Assembly (NCBI GenBank): GCA_964357615.1
Contig: CAYHMC010000001.1
Coordinates: 2,602-66,601, forward strand
Direction: 5' to 3'
DNA: 64,000 nt
Source of the DNA: an uncultured Candidatus Saccharibacteria bacterium
GTDB lineage: Bacteria > Patescibacteriota > Minisyncoccia > UBA6257 > JACOXY01
Numbering within the stretch: position 1 is the stretch's first letter; every line of letters begins with the position of its first letter. The notes under the pieces were generated by a model. The model was not told the origin of the DNA and made no database searches. It saw nothing but the letters and a program-made list of their open reading frames with translations. Below, one piece after another: positions 1 to 8,523 of the stretch. The position numbers and the translations under genes were made by a program.

Positions 1-2
1 CT

Positions 3-1235
3 TTGGTTGATTTAATTATTAAAAATCAAAGCGGTAAATTTGCTGTGTTTGGTCCATCTGCAATTGGAAATCATGTTGACCATGTTATTACGAGGGATGT
101 TTGCAGAGATTTGTTTCTAAACGCAATTTATTTCGCAGATGTCCCATATATATTAAATAACCCTGAAGCAATTAATGAAGTTACTTTAGGTGAAATAGGG
201 ATTTGGGCAGGTGATTTAAAAAATAAAGAAAATATAATTAGGGGATATAAAACGCAGTTTAAGGCAATGTTTGGAGGCGGTTCCCCGTCCTTACCACAAG
301 AAATATTTTATATTAGAGAAATAATAGAAAAAAAACCAAAAGTTTCGGTTGGAATACCAGCATACAACGAAGAAGGAAATATCAAAGTTTTACTCGAGGC
401 AATACTTGCTCAAAAAGAAATAAATCATGAGCTTTTAGAGGTTTTGGTTGTATCAGATGGAAGTTCTGATAAAACGATTAAGCTAGCAAAATCAATTGGT
501 TCCTCAAAAATTAAAATATTTGATTATAGAAAAAGAAGAGGAGCAATGATTAGGCAAAATGAAGTCCATAAAATTTTTAATGGAGATATTTTGGTATTGC
601 TAAATGCAGATGTATTGCCTAAAGATAATTACTATATTGAAAATATGATTTTGCCGTTTTTAAGAAGTAATAAAATAGGTCTAGTTTCTAATAGAGGCAC
701 TACTATGCCAGCAGAAACATTTGTTGAAAAAATAATCAACTTTAGCGTTTCGATGAAAGTTGATATTCTAGAAATAGTTAATGGCGGAGATAATATTTAT
801 TTGTGTCATGGTCATAGTCGTTCCTTTTCAAGGTCATTTGCTAAAAGTGTTAAATGGCCAGAGGATGCGACTGCAGAGGACGCCTTTTCTTATTTACGAG
901 CAAAAGAACTTGGCTTCGAGTTTTTCTATCAGAAAAATGCAGAGATATATTTCAGATCACCTCAAAATATATTTGATCATATTAAGCAAAGTTCAAGATT
1001 CATTAACAGCAAAAAAGGTCTTTCAAAGTATTTTGATAAAAAAATAATTGACAAAAATTTTAAGCTACCAGCTACGCTTGTGGCTTTAATTTGCATTGAG
1101 TCATTCTTAAGACACCCTATTCTGTTTGTAAGTTATATTTGGATTCGCGTTATTGCTACACTCGATTCACTTGTAATAAATAGAGCAACTGTCGCCTGGG
1201 ATCCATCAAGTAGCTCAAAAATTTTAATAAAGTAA
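3..1235 (+). CDS. 5'-truncated PIG-L/LmbE-like deacetylase fused to GT2 glycosyltransferase
   Basis: N-part has GNHVDH...YFADVPY...YKTQ (PIG-L-like C-terminal motifs); C-part has VSVGIPAYNEE, DGSSD and NAD GT-A motifs; ORF runs off the left edge. Confidence 0.75.
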   Translation: MVDLIIKNQSGKFAVFGPSAIGNHVDHVITRDVCRDLFLNAIYFADVPYILNNPEAINEVTLGEIGIWAGDLKNKENIIRGYKTQFKAMFGGGSPSLPQEIFYIREIIEKKPKVSVGIPAYNEEGNIKVLLEAILAQKEINHELLEVLVVSDGSSDKTIKLAKSIGSSKIKIFDYRKRRGAMIRQNEVHKIFNGDILVLLNADVLPKDNYYIENMILPFLRSNKIGLVSNRGTTMPAETFVEKIINFSVSMKVDILEIVNGGDNIYLCHGHSRSFSRSFAKSVKWPEDATAEDAFSYLRAKELGFEFFYQKNAEIYFRSPQNIFDHIKQSSRFINSKKGLSKYFDKKIIDKNFKLPATLVALICIESFLRHPILFVSYIWIRVIATLDSLVINRATVAWDPSSSSKILIK

Positions 1236-1248
1236 AAAAATAAAAATT

Positions 1249-1998
1249 ATGAAAAATCCTAATGAAATATATGAAAACGAAATAGTGTTTGGTAGCAAGA
1301 AGCAATGCGACGATAACCCTAAACGATGGGAACATGCTAGAGATATGATCTTAAAGCTTGGATATGATCCAAAAAAAGTTTTAGATATCGGCTGTGGTGA
1401 TGGGTTTATTTCTCAAAGTATAAAAAACATTTACCCTAACGCTGAAGTCTTTGGAATTGATATTTCAAAAACTGCAATTGCAATAGCTCAAAATAAATAC
1501 CCTATAATTAATTTTCAAACAGCAAACGCGGAAGAGAAATTACCATTCGAAGACAATTTTTTTGATTTGGTATTTTCTGGAGAGCATATCGAACATATAA
1601 AAGACACTGATACCTACTTGGAGGAGATAAATAGAGTTATGAGAAAAGGTGGAGTTTTTATTATCACTACGCCAAATCTCGCATACTGGGTTAATAGGTT
1701 ATTGTTATTGTTTGGATTCCAGCCATTTAGTTGCGAAGCCAGTCTTAAAAGAAAATTTCCACTTTTTACTATTTTTGGCAAGAACATTCCAGATAACTCA
1801 AATTTTCCACCAGCGGGTCATTTAAGAATTTTCACACCAAACAATTTAAAAATGCTTTTGGAGTTCTATGGTTTTAAGTCAATCCAAATGAAAGGTTCTA
1901 GTTTATTAAAAAAACCAATAATCAGAGAAATCGACTTTTTTCTTTCGATGTTACCAAGTTTGGCACATAATATTATTTTAAAGACTGAAAAAAAATAA
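1249..1998 (+). CDS. Class I SAM-dependent methyltransferase
   Basis: VLDIGCGDG motif I, GIDIS, LPFEDNFFDLV, IITTPN. Confidence 0.9.
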   Translation: MKNPNEIYENEIVFGSKKQCDDNPKRWEHARDMILKLGYDPKKVLDIGCGDGFISQSIKNIYPNAEVFGIDISKTAIAIAQNKYPIINFQTANAEEKLPFEDNFFDLVFSGEHIEHIKDTDTYLEEINRVMRKGGVFIITTPNLAYWVNRLLLLFGFQPFSCEASLKRKFPLFTIFGKNIPDNSNFPPAGHLRIFTPNNLKMLLEFYGFKSIQMKGSSLLKKPIIREIDFFLSMLPSLAHNIILKTEKK

Positions 1999-1999
1999 A

Positions 2000-3181
2000 A
2001 TGAACCCCTCTTATGCAAAAGTTATTCATGCGATAGTGAGTGAATTCTATCCTCATGTTGGCGGAGTGGAAACGAATACCCTCGAGGTTTATAGTTCTCT
2101 AGTTAAAAAAGGATGGGAGGTTACCATTCATACATCAAAATTAACTTCACAAAATGAAGAAATACTGTTGGTAGATGAATCGTATAGAGGATTGCGAATT
2201 AAAAGATATAAAACATCATTATTTGGTTTTAAGCCAAATATTTCATGGGGTTCTGCAAATTTGATTGCTATTCATGGTTGGGGTCTTTGTAATTTAAGAC
2301 ATTTTTTTTACAGTTCCTATCTAAAAGTACTTAAAAGAAAAAAATTTATGCTTATTTTTACTCCTCATGGGGGATTTAATTTCGAGGCTCCTAATTCTTT
2401 TTATATTTCTAATATAATTAGAAATATATTCTATAGGGTAATAGGAGCGCCACTCGTGAATTATGTAGTGGATGGGATTAGGGCCGTATCTCATTGGGAG
2501 AAAGAAGTGCTAATCAAAAAAAGAGTCCACGAGGGAATAATTGAGGTAATCACAAATGGCATTGAAAATGAAGCATATCTAGACCTCGAACTCTTAGCAT
2601 CTTCTGAAACAAAAAATATAGCGAAAAATCTCAAAGATTATATTATTCAGATTGCAAGAATTGATCCAGTAAAAAATTTTGAAACCCCAATTAGGGCGCT
2701 TAGTAAGATTTCCTCAAATGTTAAATTTCTTATAATGGGTCCCGTAGGGGATTATAACTACTTTAATCGTCTTAGGATGCTGGTAGATGAACTTAATTTA
2801 CAGAAAAGAGTGATATTTCTTGGAGTCAAAAATGGAGTAGATAAATATTATTTAATAAAAAAAGCAAAGATAATGGTACATATGGCAACATCGGAAAGTT
2901 TTTGTAATTCCGTTCATGAAGGATTAAGCCAAGGTCTTCCATGTGTAGTGGCCAATAATACAGCCTTACCGTTTCTTGTAAAAGAAGGAGTTAGTGGATA
3001 CTGTATTAATCCGAATGATTCAGATTTATTAGCAGAAAAAATAAATTTCTTACTTCAAAACTACGACACCGACGAGTTGAAAAATATGCAAAACTTTAAT
3101 AAAAAAATTGGCAAAGAAAATTCGTGGCAAAAGACAGCTGAGCGCGTGGAATTTTTTTATAAAAAGTTACTTTGTGTATAA
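2000..3181 (+). CDS. GT4 family glycosyltransferase
   Basis: FYPHVGGVE, ARIDPVKN, ESFCNSVHEGL (Ex7E) GT-B motifs. Confidence 0.9.
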   Translation: MNPSYAKVIHAIVSEFYPHVGGVETNTLEVYSSLVKKGWEVTIHTSKLTSQNEEILLVDESYRGLRIKRYKTSLFGFKPNISWGSANLIAIHGWGLCNLRHFFYSSYLKVLKRKKFMLIFTPHGGFNFEAPNSFYISNIIRNIFYRVIGAPLVNYVVDGIRAVSHWEKEVLIKKRVHEGIIEVITNGIENEAYLDLELLASSETKNIAKNLKDYIIQIARIDPVKNFETPIRALSKISSNVKFLIMGPVGDYNYFNRLRMLVDELNLQKRVIFLGVKNGVDKYYLIKKAKIMVHMATSESFCNSVHEGLSQGLPCVVANNTALPFLVKEGVSGYCINPNDSDLLAEKINFLLQNYDTDELKNMQNFNKKIGKENSWQKTAERVEFFYKKLLCV

Positions 3182-3200
3182 CTGTTTCAATAAATAAAAC

Positions 3201-4106
3201 ATGAATACAACCCTAAAAACAGTAACCGTAGCACTAAGCGCTCTAAATGAAGAAGGTAATATTTTAAATTTTCTAAAATCAGTTTTAGCTCAAAAAGAAG
3301 AAGGATTTATATTAGAAAAAATTTTGGTAATTTCAGATGGCGGAACAGATAGGACAGTAGAATTAGCAAGGTCATTAAACTCTAATAAAATTGAAGTTAT
3401 AGAACAAAAGGAAAGAGCTGGAAAGGCGCAAAGATTAAACGAAATTTATAAGTTACTCACGAGTGATATTTTAGTTCAATCAGATGCCGATGTTATCTTT
3501 GAAAATGAATTTGTAATTAGAAATTTAATAAAGCCGATTATAGAAAACGATAAAGTTGGCTTGTGCGCTGGAAATCCTATTCCTATGAAGGGAAAAACAT
3601 TTACAGAAAGAGCAGTCAATTGTACGGTTTTGGCATATGCACCACTTAAAAAAATAAGAAACATTTCTTCTGCGGACGGTAAATTATTAGCTTTTAAAAA
3701 GGAATTTGTTAAAAAAATGAAAATACCAAATACAATGGCAGACGATGCTTATGCTTATTTTGCCTGTATTAGAGAGGGCTATGATTATAAATTTGTAGAA
3801 AGTGCAGTAGTAAATTATAGGTCACCACAGAGTTTGGCGGATCAAATAAAACAAAATACAAGATTTATTTCAATTCACGCAAATATGGATAAGTTTTTTA
3901 GTAAAGAAATTGTAGAAAGAGAATATAAGCTAGACTCAAAAATAATTTACAAGCTTATGGCAAAACAATTTTTAAAGCACCCAATACTTAGTGCTTATAT
4001 ATTTGTTGTGAATCGTTATTGTAAGTTCCGAACCGTTTATTTTGTGGGTGAGATGAATTCGAAATGGAGCGTAGTGGAGTCCACAAAAAACTTAGAAAAC
4101 TCTTAA
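3201..4106 (+). CDS. GT2 family glycosyltransferase (paralog of the GT2 domain in 3..1235)
   Basis: ALNEE, SDGGTD, DAD, DDAY, YRSPQ; collinear with the first ORF's GT2 domain. Confidence 0.9.
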   Translation: MNTTLKTVTVALSALNEEGNILNFLKSVLAQKEEGFILEKILVISDGGTDRTVELARSLNSNKIEVIEQKERAGKAQRLNEIYKLLTSDILVQSDADVIFENEFVIRNLIKPIIENDKVGLCAGNPIPMKGKTFTERAVNCTVLAYAPLKKIRNISSADGKLLAFKKEFVKKMKIPNTMADDAYAYFACIREGYDYKFVESAVVNYRSPQSLADQIKQNTRFISIHANMDKFFSKEIVEREYKLDSKIIYKLMAKQFLKHPILSAYIFVVNRYCKFRTVYFVGEMNSKWSVVESTKNLENS

Positions 4107-4995
4107 GGCGTCTCTTGATTGATTTGGGGGCCATATGAGCAATCCAAGTTGCATAGCTTGTGCGATATTGTTGGTCTTCTAAAAATTCAACCGCGTCGTG
4201 CAAGTTTACAATATTCCATTTCTTAGTTAGATAATCCATATTTGGTTTGCCGTCTTCAACTTTCCAAATAAATTTACGAAAAGGAATTTCATCTTTGTAT
4301 ATTGGCGGTGGATTATAAAAATTTACACGCGACGCTGGTTCAAACACTATGGGGACATTGTGGTGAAGTAAGGCGATTGAAAAATCAATTGGCTCGTGAA
4401 CAGTTAGTTTTTCATCAAACGGTCCAATGATGTCAAAAACACTTCGTTTAAAGAGCGCAGTATGAACTTCTATTGCATATATTTGTTCTCGTTTTCTTGC
4501 GCGCCACCTTTTATTTACTTCTTTGATTCCCTCAAAATATTCATAAAATTTCTTCCCGTCTTTTATAAAAGATTTTATAGTAACTATATTTTTATCGTGG
4601 TGAACTTTTAGGCGAATTGTCATTCCCTCGAGTAATAGTGGAACTGCAACTCCAGCAGGAAATTCTTCACATGCGCTTATTAATTTTGAAAGCCAGTTAT
4701 TTCTTACCATGCAATCGTTTTCCACAAGAGCAATATAGTCATCTTTAGAGTTTTTAACTATTAAATTTCTTGATTGATTTTGAGTTAAATAATTATCAGT
4801 GTGAATAACTTTTACATTGGGTTTATTTTTCAAAACAGCCATCATTTGGTCTAAATATTTTTTTGGAATATTGCAATCTATAACAATTAAATTAAAGGGG
4901 ATATGGGTGTTTTTAAAAATCGCTTTTAGCGATTTTGGAGCCAAATTAAACCTTTCTCTGGGTAAAAAACCTATTGTTACGGATGGGTAATTCAT
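3988..4995 (-). CDS. GT2 family glycosyltransferase
   Basis: GT-A features (LIVID, SRN, END, FDIIGPFDE); own promoter; overlaps the convergent gene by 119 nt. Confidence 0.8.
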   Translation of the reverse strand: MNYPSVTIGFLPRERFNLAPKSLKAIFKNTHIPFNLIVIDCNIPKKYLDQMMAVLKNKPNVKVIHTDNYLTQNQSRNLIVKNSKDDYIALVENDCMVRNNWLSKLISACEEFPAGVAVPLLLEGMTIRLKVHHDKNIVTIKSFIKDGKKFYEYFEGIKEVNKRWRARKREQIYAIEVHTALFKRSVFDIIGPFDEKLTVHEPIDFSIALLHHNVPIVFEPASRVNFYNPPPIYKDEIPFRKFIWKVEDGKPNMDYLTKKWNIVNLHDAVEFLEDQQYRTSYATWIAHMAPKSIKRRLKSFLSFLWTPLRSISNSSHPQNKRFGTYNNDSQQIYKH

Positions 4996-5002
4996 TGAGG
5001 TA

Positions 5003-5031
5003 TTTATAGCATATTTACCCTATAATGTCAA
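5003..5031 (-). promoter_or_regulatory. sigma70-type promoter, probably leaderless
   Basis: TTGACA-17 nt-TATAAA with TG extension, 7 nt before the ATG at 4995. Confidence 0.7.
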
Positions 5032-5051
5032 TTTATGGGGATATTTAGATA

Positions 5052-5080
5052 TTGCAATTTTATCTGTTTTATGTTATAAT
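5052..5080 (+). promoter_or_regulatory. sigma70-type promoter
   Basis: TTGCAA-17 nt-TATAAT with TGn extension, upstream of 5126. Confidence 0.65.
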
Positions 5081-5125
5081 TATCGTATTGTAATTAAGGT
5101 ATTTTGCCGAAATAGTGATATTAAA

Positions 5126-6823
5126 ATGAATTCCAAAATAAAAAATTTATTGGCTATATTATTTATAGTTCTATTTTCATCTACCTTATATGTTTTGACT
5201 TTAAGGGGTCAGTATGGAAATCCTAATCCAGAGACAATGAGAGAGGAGCTTGCTAAGGATTTTAAGTCAATGGAACTTTCTCCTGAAAGGGGACGTTTTG
5301 CGCATGTAATTTCACTTGCAGAAAACGGCACCTACGAACTATCCAGCGCCTTGGTTGATTTTGTTTATCCAGATGTAGGATTTATAAAAGATAAATATTA
5401 CAGTTATTTTGCGCCTGGAATATCTCATATTGCAGTGCCATTTTATAACTTTGGAAAGCAATTTAATTTAGCTCAAGTTTTTTCATTCGCACTAATCTCA
5501 TTGTTTAGTATTGGTGCAATGATATTTATATATTTAATCGCTAGACAAATTTTTGAGTTGCCTGTGTGGGCATCAATTTTGGCTCCAATATTTTACGCTT
5601 TTAGCTCTTCAGCTTGGAGTTATGCAATAACTTTCTATCAGCATCATCTTACTGTTTTTTTCTTTGTAGCGGGTTTTTATTCGGCTTGGCAATTTGGCAG
5701 AAATAAAAAATGGTCTTGGGTTTGGGGTTTTATTCCTTGGATTTCTTATGCATCTGCTTTTACAGTGGATTATCCAAATCCATTATTTTTGCTTCCGATG
5801 ATGATTTATTTTTTCTGGCAGGCATGGAATGTGCGATTAACTGATGATGTGTGGCGTATTAGTTTTAGAACTTCATTTATTTTTGTTTCAATTGGTTTTT
5901 TTGTTATTACAGCATGGCATTTAAATTTGAACGCTACTCATTTTGGTGGTTGGCAAAAATTAGCCGGAGGATTAACAAGCTATAAAAAATTGGAAGTTAG
6001 GCCAATCTTAGACACAAGTATAACTGCTACTACAACAACATTTTACACTACAACAACGGTTGCCACGGCTGAAGCTCCAGAGCCAGGCATTACTACAGTG
6101 AACACAGCAACTTCAACCACCATAACTACTATTAGCATAGCAACAACAACTTCTAACACCACGACATTTGTTATCGCCACAGAGATAAGGGTTATTGGAT
6201 TAAAAAAAGAGAAGCCAAAAGATATTGTTGGATTTTTCGTCGAGAGAAGATTGCCTTATAGTGGATATATTTTATTTGCGTCACCCGAACGAGGACTACT
6301 TATTTTTTGGCCACTATGTATCATAGGTTTTATTGGTTTGTATAGTGCTTTTAAACACAAACCAGTTGAGGTTTCAACATTGTTTGGAGGAGTTTTTATA
6401 AATATGTTTCTTTATTTTAGCTGGGGTGATCCATGGGGAGGGTGGGCGTTTGGTCCTAGGTATATGATTTTATCTATAAGCATATTATCTATATTTGTTG
6501 CATATTGGGTGGCAAAGGGTGAGCTTTGGAAACGCATAGTTGTATTCGAGCTATTCCTCTACTCTTCTTTTATAAGCTTAGCTGGAGCATTAACTACAAA
6601 TGCGGTGCCTCCTAAAGTTGAGGCGATACCACTTGGCGCAGAATATACTTATTTTAGAAATATTGATTTTCTTTTTGAGGGTAAAAGCGGAAGTTTCTTT
6701 TATAATAGTTATGCAATTCAAAATATGTCTCTTTTAGAATATGCATTTCTAATATATATATGTTTAGTTTTGGTTGTAGCGTTACTAATATTTGTATTTC
6801 CAAAATTTAAAAATGACAATTAA
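5126..6823 (+). CDS. Polytopic membrane protein, probable GT-C glycosyltransferase with Thr-rich loop
   Basis: Many hydrophobic segments; YSYFAPG, ERGLLIFWP and WGGWAFGPRY motifs; Thr-rich insert at about 6020-6180. Confidence 0.65.
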   Translation: MNSKIKNLLAILFIVLFSSTLYVLTLRGQYGNPNPETMREELAKDFKSMELSPERGRFAHVISLAENGTYELSSALVDFVYPDVGFIKDKYYSYFAPGISHIAVPFYNFGKQFNLAQVFSFALISLFSIGAMIFIYLIARQIFELPVWASILAPIFYAFSSSAWSYAITFYQHHLTVFFFVAGFYSAWQFGRNKKWSWVWGFIPWISYASAFTVDYPNPLFLLPMMIYFFWQAWNVRLTDDVWRISFRTSFIFVSIGFFVITAWHLNLNATHFGGWQKLAGGLTSYKKLEVRPILDTSITATTTTFYTTTTVATAEAPEPGITTVNTATSTTITTISIATTTSNTTTFVIATEIRVIGLKKEKPKDIVGFFVERRLPYSGYILFASPERGLLIFWPLCIIGFIGLYSAFKHKPVEVSTLFGGVFINMFLYFSWGDPWGGWAFGPRYMILSISILSIFVAYWVAKGELWKRIVVFELFLYSSFISLAGALTTNAVPPKVEAIPLGAEYTYFRNIDFLFEGKSGSFFYNSYAIQNMSLLEYAFLIYICLVLVVALLIFVFPKFKNDN

Positions 6824-8459
6824 TTTTAGTATAAAAATTTCCAGTTTAAAGAAAATTGGTGCTCTCTTGCACAAGATTACTACCGAAAGAACGATATTTT
6901 TAATCGCCTTAATAATGGCTATTTCAAGCACGGCTTGGTTTTATAGCACAGATACAATTGTGGCCTACGGTGATGCTGAATCTCACTTAAATATTGCTAA
7001 GCGTGTTATTAGTTCTATAACACCAGGACTTGCTCAGCTTGGCGGAATTTGGCTTCCTCTTCCACATATTTTAATGATTCCTTTTGTGTACTTTGATTTT
7101 TTATGGCGCACTGGTCTTGCTGGTTCTATCGTAAATGGTATTGCTTATATTATTTCTGCGTTATTTATTTTTAAAATTGGTAAGTTACTTTTAAAAGACC
7201 CAAGCGCCTCTTTTGTTGCTTCATTAGTGTTTATGTTCAATCTAAATATTCTATATCTTCAAGCCACACCAATGACCGAACTTACACTTATCGTGTTCTT
7301 TATTCTTTCAACTTACTTCTTTATAAAATATCTTTCACACGAAAAAACGCCTAATCTTGTTTTGGCAGCTTTGTTTGGTTTTTGTGCATCACTTTCTAGA
7401 TATGATGGTTGGTTTTTTGTTGGTATTGAAGCGATGATTTTGGCTCTATTTTATAATCCATTTAAAAAAATACCACATAGTTTTAATGAAATCTTGAGCG
7501 CATGGGATTCTAAGAAATGGTTTAAAATGGAAGGTACTGTTTTGATGTTTATTACATTGGGTTTTCTTGGAATTTTTATTTGGCTAGGTTGGGATTTTCT
7601 AATTTTGGGAGACCCACTTTATTTTACGCACAGTGAATTTTCTGCAAGCTCACAACAGCAGGGGTGGTTATCTCGTGGCCAACTTCCAACATATCATAAT
7701 GTTTGGCTGTCATTTTTGTATTATTTTCTTACTGCTATGAATGGCACCGGTATTTTGCTATTTTTCGCATCAATTTTTGGATTTTTTGCATATCTTTCTA
7801 ATAAAGAAAATAAAAACAGATTTCTTATCGGGCTCTTAATTTTCAATATATTTATTTTTTATGTACTAACTCTTTTTATGGGTCAGTCTGTAATTTTTAT
7901 CCCTCATATCACACCCGCAAATTTTGACTGGAATTTATTTAATGTGCGCTACGGCATAATGATGGTTCCTTTTGTTGCTATTTATTTCGGTTATTTATTT
8001 GGAAAATTTAAATTAGCTGGAAAGTTTTTGCTTTTAATTTTATTTGCTTCACAATTTGGTTTGTATGCAATTGGATATAGTCAGGCATTATCTTATCACG
8101 ATGGAATCGAAGGTCTTTCTTCTTCAAAAAGATTAGACGCTGAAAAATGGTTTAAGGTTAACTATGATGGGGGATTAGTTTTAGAAGATGATTTTTCTAG
8201 ACAACTTTCAATCGTGCGCAGTGGTGTACCAATGCAAAATGTAATTTATATTGGAAATAAACCTTATTGGGAAGAGTCGCTCGTTGAACCAGAAAAATAT
8301 GTTCGTTGGATAATAGTTCAGCAAAACGACACGATTGATAAGAAAATTTATCAGCCACCAGCAATGAATGGCCGTCTTTTCAAATACTTTAAATTAGCCT
8401 ATACCTCACCAGAAATTCTAATATTCCAAAGGAACGACTTGCCAGCTGGCTCACAGTAG
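6813..8459 (+). CDS. GT39/PMT_2 (ArnT-like) membrane glycosyltransferase
   Basis: YGDAESHL, WLPLPH, PMTE, RYDGW, NVRYG motifs; multi-TM; ATG 6813 preferred over TTG 6792. Confidence 0.75.
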   Translation: MTINFSIKISSLKKIGALLHKITTERTIFLIALIMAISSTAWFYSTDTIVAYGDAESHLNIAKRVISSITPGLAQLGGIWLPLPHILMIPFVYFDFLWRTGLAGSIVNGIAYIISALFIFKIGKLLLKDPSASFVASLVFMFNLNILYLQATPMTELTLIVFFILSTYFFIKYLSHEKTPNLVLAALFGFCASLSRYDGWFFVGIEAMILALFYNPFKKIPHSFNEILSAWDSKKWFKMEGTVLMFITLGFLGIFIWLGWDFLILGDPLYFTHSEFSASSQQQGWLSRGQLPTYHNVWLSFLYYFLTAMNGTGILLFFASIFGFFAYLSNKENKNRFLIGLLIFNIFIFYVLTLFMGQSVIFIPHITPANFDWNLFNVRYGIMMVPFVAIYFGYLFGKFKLAGKFLLLILFASQFGLYAIGYSQALSYHDGIEGLSSSKRLDAEKWFKVNYDGGLVLEDDFSRQLSIVRSGVPMQNVIYIGNKPYWEESLVEPEKYVRWIIVQQNDTIDKKIYQPPAMNGRLFKYFKLAYTSPEILIFQRNDLPAGSQ

Positions 8460-8523
8460 TTGCATAGAGCATTTTGGCTAAAATTGGTTTTGACTTGAGC
8501 TATTTATATGTTATAAAAAATAT

